The notes under the pieces are model-generated. The model made no database searches, was not told the DNA's origin, and was given only the letters and a program-made list of their open reading frames with translations. A DNA stretch of 32,000 bases from contig NZ_CP036280.1 of assembly GCF_007748075.1 (NCBI RefSeq), positions 600,001 to 632,000 of the forward strand, in the 5' to 3' direction. Positions 16,278-22,281 of the stretch are shown here, in pieces (within the stretch, counting starts at the first letter, position 1; the number at the start of each line of letters is the position of its first letter). The DNA comes from Mucisphaera calidilacus (GTDB lineage: Bacteria > Planctomycetota > Phycisphaerae > Phycisphaerales > Phycisphaeraceae). The position numbers and the translations under genes were made by a program.

Positions 16278-17306
16278 TCAACGCACCGCCGTCTCGTCCC
16301 CGAAGAACCCCCGCGGCGCATCCTGGTACACCTGCCTCAGCAGCTCATCATCAAACCCCGCACCCCGCAACAACGCCGTCGAATCCTCCGGCAGACTCGG
16401 GTCCACCATCGACAGATCCGGGTCCACGATCGGGCTGGGTCCGTCATAATTAGTTTCCAGTAAAGTCTTTAACGACCAGTACCGGCTCGCGTACAGGTCG
16501 TAGTCGATGTTCGCGTCCGTCGTCACGATGTCGCTGCCGAACAGTACTCGCCCCGGATTCCGACGGCAGAAATCTCGGAACGCGTCCGGCCGCTTGCTCA
16601 GCTCACGCACCATCCACTTCGTCGCCGACGTATCCACCACGTAATTCGGGTACGTGTCTATAAGTACTTGTAAATACTCAAGATCCTCAGGCGACCCGCC
16701 CATGTGGGCCCCCAGCCACGGCACATCCCCATACCGGTCCATCACCCGCCGCAGACGGTCGAAGTGCTCCCGCTTCGTGCCATAACGACTGCTATCCGAA
16801 TACTTTGTAGCAAACCACGTGTCCGGGTCCCCGACGTGGCTCATGAACTTCATCCCCAGCGACTTCGCCAGGTCCATCGCCTCAAACCGGATCGGCGAAT
16901 CGATCCAGAAGTGCTCCGCCAGGTCCAGACCCCGCGGCGCCGCCCAGAACTTGCAGATCATGCACCCCCGCTCCGCGAACGCCTCGATGCGTTTAAGCCA
17001 ATGTGAAGTAAAGGTTTCCGGATTATCGCGCTCCTCGTAATTCGGCACCGCGATGAAGGCGATCCGCTTGCCCCACCGCTCCGCCAACGCGTCCACCTGC
17101 TCCATCCGGTTGGTCATCGACCACGTCTTGGTGATGCCGTAGTCGTCGGCCGCATGGAAATAAACCTCTGCCGAATCAAGGGTTCCGATGTGCGTGTGCA
17201 CGTCGTAGATCGGCCCCGCGTACCGGAACGTCGCCGCCTGGGCCGCGTAATCCAGCCCCAGCATGTTCGCCGGGTTCCGCTTCACGTCGGTGGGTGTCTG
17301 GCTCAT
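16278..17306 (-). CDS. Metal-dependent amidohydrolase-fold (TIM barrel) hydrolase
   Basis: 342-aa ORF. It has the HxH motif near the N-terminus (IYDVHTHIG), plus later H and D residues (FMSHVGDP, GAHMGG, LFGSDI) typical of the amidohydrolase_2-like family. Confidence 0.7.
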   Translation of the reverse strand: MSQTPTDVKRNPANMLGLDYAAQAATFRYAGPIYDVHTHIGTLDSAEVYFHAADDYGITKTWSMTNRMEQVDALAERWGKRIAFIAVPNYEERDNPETFTSHWLKRIEAFAERGCMICKFWAAPRGLDLAEHFWIDSPIRFEAMDLAKSLGMKFMSHVGDPDTWFATKYSDSSRYGTKREHFDRLRRVMDRYGDVPWLGAHMGGSPEDLEYLQVLIDTYPNYVVDTSATKWMVRELSKRPDAFRDFCRRNPGRVLFGSDIVTTDANIDYDLYASRYWSLKTLLETNYDGPSPIVDPDLSMVDPSLPEDSTALLRGAGFDDELLRQVYQDAPRGFFGDETAVR

Positions 17307-17342
17307 GGTTTGAGCATGTTAGTCTTCTGGTCCGAGACTTCT

Positions 17343-18173
17343 ATGCGTAACACAAAAGCCATACAGCTCATCGCCTGCGACGTCGACGGAACCCTCATCG
17401 ACGCCAGCGGTAAGATCCCTGAAAACAACCGTTTAGCCATCGCCGAGGCCGCCCGCAGGGGGGTGCGTTTCGTCCTCGCCTCGGCCCGCCCGCCGCGTAT
17501 GGCCCGCCCGATCTACGACGCCCTCGGTCTCGACACCTATCAGGTCAACTACAACGGCGCGGTCATTCAGCGGCCGGCCGACGACGACTACGCCGTCCAC
17601 CTCCCGATCGAGCCGCGGCTCGCGCTGCGGGTGATCGAGACGGCCCGGGCCGCTGATCCGGAACTTGCTGTCAGTCTTGAGATTAAAGACAGATGGCTGA
17701 CCGACGGCCTGCTCGACGGGCTGGAGACCGCCACGTCCCTCAACCTCACGCCCGACTACCTCGGCCCGCTCGAGCCGGTGCTGGTCGAGCCGGTGACCAA
17801 GATCCTGCTGCTGACCCCGCCCGCGCGGATGCCGGCCCTGCGCTCGGCGCTGGAGGCAGCGCTTGAGCCCGAGTTCGGCGGGCACGTCCGCCTGCAGGTC
17901 AGCGACGAGCACCTGGTGCAGGTCGTGAACGTCGAGGCGGACAAGGAGCACGCGGCGGCGTGGGTCGCGCAAGCCTATGGCATATCAATGGATGCGATGC
18001 TGGCGATCGGCGACGCGCCCAACGACGCGGGGATGCTGCGGGCGGCGGGGGTCGGCGTCGCGGTCGGCGGCGCGTGGGACGAGGCCCGGGCCGCTGCGGA
18101 CTGCGTGTCGCCTTGCGGCGCAGCGGAGGGCGCGGTGGCGTGGGCGATCGAGCGGTTCGTGCTGGATCGATAA
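17343..18173 (+). CDS. HAD-superfamily hydrolase, Cof-type (HAD-IIB)
   Basis: Motif I is ACDVDGTLID and motif IV is GDAPNDAGML. The cap region length fits Cof/YbiV-like phosphatases. The ATG at 17343 is preferred over the upstream extension that overlaps the divergent gene. Confidence 0.8.
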   Translation: MRNTKAIQLIACDVDGTLIDASGKIPENNRLAIAEAARRGVRFVLASARPPRMARPIYDALGLDTYQVNYNGAVIQRPADDDYAVHLPIEPRLALRVIETARAADPELAVSLEIKDRWLTDGLLDGLETATSLNLTPDYLGPLEPVLVEPVTKILLLTPPARMPALRSALEAALEPEFGGHVRLQVSDEHLVQVVNVEADKEHAAAWVAQAYGISMDAMLAIGDAPNDAGMLRAAGVGVAVGGAWDEARAAADCVSPCGAAEGAVAWAIERFVLDR

Positions 18174-18177
18174 AAAC

Positions 18178-18205
18178 GGGCCGCGGCGCTGGTGCGCCAC
18201 GACCC
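18178..18205 (-). terminator. Candidate intrinsic terminator for hsp20
   Basis: GC-rich hairpin GGGcCGCGGCGC-tggt-GCGCCaCGaCCC. On the minus strand it is followed by a T-run (plus-strand AAAAA at 18172-18176). It sits between the convergent HAD and hsp20 genes. Confidence 0.4.
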
Positions 18206-18240
18206 ATGGAACGCTCGGACAGGGAACATTCCGGCGGGGA

Positions 18241-18717
18241 TCAGTTAATCGCGATCTGCCTGGGTAGGACCTGCTCACTCTTGGGCAGTCGGACCGTCAG
18301 CACGCCATCGGTGAGCGAGGCGTCGATCCGGCCGGCGTCGAGGCCGCGCGGCAGGCGGAACTGACGTCGGACCTGCTCGATGCGGCGTTCACGCATGTGA
18401 ACGGTCGCGACGGGCTTCTCGGCCTGGGCCTGCTCGGTCTGGCCCTCGCCCTCGCCTTCGGCGGGCGTGATCTGGTCGGAGCCGGTGCTGCGGTCGGCCT
18501 CGATGGTCAGGACGTTGTCCTCGAGGTTGATGCTGATCTGGTCCCGGGTGAAGCCGGGCAGCTCGGCCTCGATGACGTAGGCGTCGTCGACCTCGGAGAC
18601 GTCGACGGGGTACCAGCCCTGGGTGCTGGAGGGTGTGCAGGCGACGTTGCCGGCTAAGGCGCGGTCGAACTCTCGGAAGAGCTGATCGATCGGGTTGCGG
18701 GTGGTTCGGGTCAACAT
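18241..18717 (-). CDS. Small heat-shock protein, Hsp20/alpha-crystallin family
   Basis: 158 aa. The alpha-crystallin core is VDVSEVDDAYVIEAELPGFTRDQISINLEDNVLTI...F.RQFRLPRGLDAGRIDASLTDGVLTVRLPK. AGGAGG lies 8 nt upstream of the ATG. Confidence 0.9.
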   Translation of the reverse strand: MLTRTTRNPIDQLFREFDRALAGNVACTPSSTQGWYPVDVSEVDDAYVIEAELPGFTRDQISINLEDNVLTIEADRSTGSDQITPAEGEGEGQTEQAQAEKPVATVHMRERRIEQVRRQFRLPRGLDAGRIDASLTDGVLTVRLPKSEQVLPRQIAIN

Positions 18718-18812
18718 GGTTGGGCCTCCTAAAAGGTTGTGCTTGCTGCTTGAGTCCCGGCGGGGTCTGCCGCTCGGGGCCGCTGCCTTCGTGGCGGCGA
18801 CGCAAGGAGATA

Positions 18813-18828
18813 TGCACGGTGCGTGCCA
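18813..18828 (-). promoter_or_regulatory. Sigma-54 (-24/-12)-like promoter element upstream of hsp20
   Basis: The minus strand reads TGGCACG-CACC-GTGCA, against the consensus TGGCACG-N4-TTGCW. Only one core mismatch, correct GG/GC spacing, about 95 nt upstream of the hsp20 ATG. Confidence 0.35.
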
Positions 18829-18858
18829 GCCCCTGGAATACAGGTATAGATACGTAAG

Positions 18859-18874
18859 TGATTGATTTCAATCA
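18859..18874. promoter_or_regulatory. Palindrome TGATTGA-tt-TCAATCA inside an AT-rich tract between hsp20 and argC (candidate operator)
   Basis: Perfect 7-bp inverted repeat within an approximately 70-bp AT-rich stretch (18837-18906) in an otherwise high-GC region. It lies about 100 nt upstream of the argC start. Confidence 0.3.
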
Positions 18875-18969
18875 TATTAAGATAAATATAGAATCATTCT
18901 AAAAATGCCAACATGGCAGTATTCGGGTTGTGGACTGCGGATTGTGCTGTCGGATGCAACAATGGGGGT

Positions 18970-20016
18970 ATGACGACACGAGCCGCGATTTTGGGGCCGA
19001 CCGGCTACGCCGGGGCCGAGCTGATCCGCCTGCTGCTGGGGCATCCCGAGGCGGAGGTGACGTACCTCGCTTCGCACCGGGACGAGCTGCCCGACCTGCG
19101 TGTGGAGTACCCGCGTCTGGCGGCGGCGTTGGACCCGGCGGTGGCGGTAGCGCGGCCGGTGGATCCGGGGGCGATCGCGGCGGCGGCGGACGTGGCGTTC
19201 CTGGCGTTGCCGCACAAGGCGTCGATGTCGTATGCGCCGGCGCTGCTGGACGCGGGGCTGCGTGTGATTGACCTGTCGGCGGACTACCGGCTGTCGTCGG
19301 TGGAGCTGTATGAGTCGGTGTATGGCGTGGAGCACGTGGACGCGGATCGTGTGGCGGAGACGGTGTACGGGCTGCCCGAGTTTTTCCGTGAGCGGATCAC
19401 GGCGGACACGCGGCTGCTGGCTTCGCCGGGGTGTTATCCGACGGCGGCGCTGCTGGGGATCGTGCCGCTGATGCGTGGCGGGCTGGTGGATCCGGCGTCG
19501 CTGATCGTGAACGCGGCGTCGGGGACGACGGGCGCGGGGCGGAGCGCGAAGGTGGGGTTGTTGCACGCGGAGGCGAACGAGGGTTTTGCGGCGTACGGGA
19601 CGATCGGCGGTCATCGTCATCAGCCGGAGATCGGCGACGTGCTGGAGGTGCTGGGGTATCCGGGCGTGGACCCGTTGTTCGTGCCGCACCTGCTGCCTGT
19701 GGACCGGGGGATCCTGGCGACGATTTATGGCACGCCTCGGGCGGGGGTGCGTCTGGAGGATGTGGGGCGGGCGTTCGAGGTGGCTTACGGGGGTGAGCCG
19801 TTTGTGCACGTGGTGGATCATCTGCCGAGCGTGAAGCACGTGGCGGGGACGAATCACGTGCAGGTGTCGTTCCGGCTGGCGGAGACGGGCAGCGGATCGC
19901 GGCTGGTGGTGTTCGTGGCGGAGGACAACATCGTCAAGGGTTCGTCGGGTCAGGCGATTCAGGCGATGAACCTGATGTTTGGGCATGAAGAGGGGTGCGG
20001 GCTGATGGGGGTGTAG
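18970..20016 (+). CDS. argC: N-acetyl-gamma-glutamyl-phosphate reductase
   Basis: AILGPTGYAGAELIRLL (NAD-binding) and catalytic SPGCYPTAALL are present, 348 aa. The ATG at 18970 is preferred over the upstream extension. Confidence 0.9.
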   Translation: MTTRAAILGPTGYAGAELIRLLLGHPEAEVTYLASHRDELPDLRVEYPRLAAALDPAVAVARPVDPGAIAAAADVAFLALPHKASMSYAPALLDAGLRVIDLSADYRLSSVELYESVYGVEHVDADRVAETVYGLPEFFRERITADTRLLASPGCYPTAALLGIVPLMRGGLVDPASLIVNAASGTTGAGRSAKVGLLHAEANEGFAAYGTIGGHRHQPEIGDVLEVLGYPGVDPLFVPHLLPVDRGILATIYGTPRAGVRLEDVGRAFEVAYGGEPFVHVVDHLPSVKHVAGTNHVQVSFRLAETGSGSRLVVFVAEDNIVKGSSGQAIQAMNLMFGHEEGCGLMGV

Positions 20017-20158
20017 ATGGGGGCAGGTGGAGAGATCTGAGACTTTGGTGGTGCATCCTGGATTCTGCGAATTCGAGTCAGGGGTGCGGTGTGTATCGCG
20101 TCATAATATTATTTCTAGATCTTGTATTATCAATAAATCGGGCTAGCCGGAATGATTA

Positions 20159-20188
20159 GCAATGTAAGATTAGTGATAATTACATTGC
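20159..20188. promoter_or_regulatory. Perfect 9-bp inverted repeat GCAATGTAA-N12-TTACATTGC in the AT-rich leader of the orphan lipoprotein gene
   Basis: Seen directly. It lies about 70 nt upstream of the ATG at 20260. GATTAG is directly repeated at 20154 and 20168. Confidence 0.3.
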
Positions 20189-20259
20189 ATCTGTTATCAC
20201 AACATGATAGAAAAAGGAAATAGTCCACCCGATAAGACCTCGCATTTCAAGGGACATCT

Positions 20260-21012
20260 ATGCAACTGATCACAGCCGTTTTTGCACTCGCCTTGGTCAT
20301 GCTCGTCGGGTGCCAGGGGATTCATTTCGAGGATGAGGTGTTGTCGACAGCAGTCAACCCGAAGATGAAGAAACGTATTGTCTGGCCATATGATGATGCG
20401 TTGAAGCGTAATCTTGCGCAGCTGGCAGGGCATGTGATCGTAGGCGATCTTACATCAGGTTCGTTTGACCGCGGCAATCGTTACGTTGGAGAGGCGGGTG
20501 TCGAGGTCGTACCCATCGAGGCGGGTGAGATCTTTACTGCGAAGTGTGACAGCAGTGCGGCTGCTGAGGGTGTTTATCTGATGGTGACATCTTCTCTAGC
20601 TGCGAACGAAGTCGCGGAGGTTACGATCGCTGACATTAGCGAGGTGTTTATACCGTGGGACGATATACCTCGTGATGAGCTTGTCAAAGAGGGGGCGAGG
20701 GCGCGTGACGAAGGAGTTGGATGCTACTATGTACAGGCTGCAACGCTTACGTCGATCGTGATGGAACGATCGGTTGTGGTGGATTCCAACACGCAGGGGT
20801 TGGTGGGGGAGGCGTATGGGGCGAAGGGAAAGGTGCGTCACGCAAGCAAGAAATTCAGCCGTGATTATGTAGTCTCCTTGACGCTTCTTGACCTGTCGTT
20901 GATTCAGCCTGTGCCGCCCAACTCGATCCGGGGACCCTTAACCCTGCGTGAGAGTCGGGTTCAGCCAGATGGCCTGGTCGTTATCGAACAACTCTCGGGC
21001 TGGGAGGACTAG
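20260..21012 (+). CDS. Lipoprotein of unknown function
   Basis: Lipobox MQLITAVFALALVMLVGC, 250 aa. GC is visibly lower than in neighbouring genes. No family recognised. Confidence 0.6.
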   Translation: MQLITAVFALALVMLVGCQGIHFEDEVLSTAVNPKMKKRIVWPYDDALKRNLAQLAGHVIVGDLTSGSFDRGNRYVGEAGVEVVPIEAGEIFTAKCDSSAAAEGVYLMVTSSLAANEVAEVTIADISEVFIPWDDIPRDELVKEGARARDEGVGCYYVQAATLTSIVMERSVVVDSNTQGLVGEAYGAKGKVRHASKKFSRDYVVSLTLLDLSLIQPVPPNSIRGPLTLRESRVQPDGLVVIEQLSGWED

Positions 21013-21040
21013 CCGTGTGTCGGGGCGAGGCTTGTGCTGG

Positions 21041-21697
21041 TTATGCAGCGTTGGTGACGTTGTTCTGCGGGCAGGAACGTTTGAGGGGGCAGGTGGAGCA
21101 TCTGGGTTTGCGTGCGTCGCAGACGGCTCGGCCATGTGCGATGAGCAGGTGAGCGAGCATGGTCCAGTTTTTGGCGGGGAATCGTGCCATGAGGTCGCGT
21201 TCGATGCGGACGGGGTCTTTGAAGGTGGTGAATCCGAGTCGTTGCGCGAGTCGTCCGATGTGGGTGTCGACGACCATGCCGACGTTGATGCCGAAGGCGT
21301 TGCCGAGGACAACGTTGGCGGTTTTGCGTGCGACGCCCGGGAGGGTGAGGAGTTGTTCCATGGTCCGGGGGACTTCGCCTTGGAAGGTTTCGACGACCTC
21401 GATGGCAGCGCCGTGGATATTTTTGGCCTTGTTGCGGAAGAAGCCGCAGGTCTTGACGTAGGGCTCGATGCTGGCGGGGGTGGCGTCGGCGAAGGCCTGG
21501 GGTGTGGGGAAGGCCTTGAAGAGTTCGGGCGTCACTATGTTGACGCGTGCGTCGGTGCACTGAGCGGAGAGGATGGTGGCGACGACGAGCTGCCAGGGGT
21601 CGCGGTGGTGGAGGGCGCAGTCGGCGTCGGGGTAGAGCTCGAGCAGCTTCTTGTAGATGCGGGCGGCGCGTCGTTTGTCGGCGGTGGTGGGTTTCAT
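21041..21697 (-). CDS. nth: Endonuclease III (DNA glycosylase/AP lyase)
   Basis: HhH-GPD motif LLTLPGVARKTANVVL with the catalytic Lys, plus the C-terminal 4Fe-4S cluster C-x6-C-x2-C-x5-C (CDARKPRCSTCPLKRSC). Confidence 0.9.
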   Translation of the reverse strand: MKPTTADKRRAARIYKKLLELYPDADCALHHRDPWQLVVATILSAQCTDARVNIVTPELFKAFPTPQAFADATPASIEPYVKTCGFFRNKAKNIHGAAIEVVETFQGEVPRTMEQLLTLPGVARKTANVVLGNAFGINVGMVVDTHIGRLAQRLGFTTFKDPVRIERDLMARFPAKNWTMLAHLLIAHGRAVCDARKPRCSTCPLKRSCPQNNVTNAA

Positions 21698-22281
21698 GCG
21701 TCGTCGGCGGGTGCGGGCTGGGGTGCGGGTTGGGCTGCGGGTTTGGGGGCGTGGGCCCAGGGCGCGACGGCGAGGGCGGCGAGGACGAGGAGGGCTTCGG
21801 TGCCGACGGTTCGCTCGGCGGTTTTGTGGAGGGTGTGGAAGGCGTCGCGTGCGGCGGCACGGTCGATCTCGGGTTTGGCGGGGTCGTAGATGACGGCGTA
21901 GAGGTCGTTCATCTGGGGGACGACCTGTTGCTGTTCGTAGAGCAGGCAGCCGAGGGCGAGGATGAGGATGGCGAGTTGGGTGCGCGAGGTTTTGCCGCCC
22001 AGCCAGGGGATGATCAGGAGTGTGGCGATGGCGGCGGAGGCGCAGGCGTAGCGGATGATGGCGTGTTGGTCGAAGAGCTTGTTGGCGATGACGCCTGCGA
22101 GTCGTTGGGGGTCGTCGTTGCGGAGCAGGACGTGGTAGTGCTGGGGCGCGGTGATCATGGGCTGGTAGTCGCGCATGGTCCAGAAGATCTGGGGTGCGCC
22201 GAGGCCCATCATGAGGGTGGAGCCGGCCCAGAGTCCGAGGGCGATGATCTGGATGGCGAAGAGTGTTTTGAGGGTGTTCAT
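21694..22281 (-). CDS. Membrane protein (DUF4149/TMEM205-like?), translationally coupled between mutS and nth
   Basis: Hydrophobic segments are FAIQIIALGLWAGSTLMMGL, AIATLLIIPWL, LAILILALGCLLY and LLVLAALAVAPW. ATGA overlaps occur at both ends (22278-22281 and 21694-21697). Confidence 0.6.
   Translation of the reverse strand: MNTLKTLFAIQIIALGLWAGSTLMMGLGAPQIFWTMRDYQPMITAPQHYHVLLRNDDPQRLAGVIANKLFDQHAIIRYACASAAIATLLIIPWLGGKTSRTQLAILILALGCLLYEQQQVVPQMNDLYAVIYDPAKPEIDRAAARDAFHTLHKTAERTVGTEALLVLAALAVAPWAHAPKPAAQPAPQPAPADDA

Noticed and set aside
16440-17190. Five short AT-rich, rare-codon patches inside the amidohydrolase gene (for example tta aag act tta ctg gaa act aat tat; tat tta caa gta ctt ata)
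   Set aside because: They coincide with Y/L/K/N/T/F-rich peptide segments. I found no shared motif beyond a short AGTAAAG.TTT in two of them, no regular spacing and no ORF or hairpin, so they are probably ordinary heterogeneity.
20096-20125. dif-like XerC/D site (GCGTCATAATATTATTTCTAGA)
   Set aside because: Only the left arm vaguely resembles GGTGCGCATAA. The right arm does not match TTATGTTAAAT. The skew polarity here is also the opposite of that expected at a terminus.
18837-20260. Calling an oriC at the AT-rich tracts near the skew switch
   Set aside because: I could find only weak partial matches to the DnaA box TTATCCACA (for example TTATCAATA and TGTGGACTG). There is no cluster and no dnaA or dnaN nearby. 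It is kept only as a hypothesis within the skew finding.
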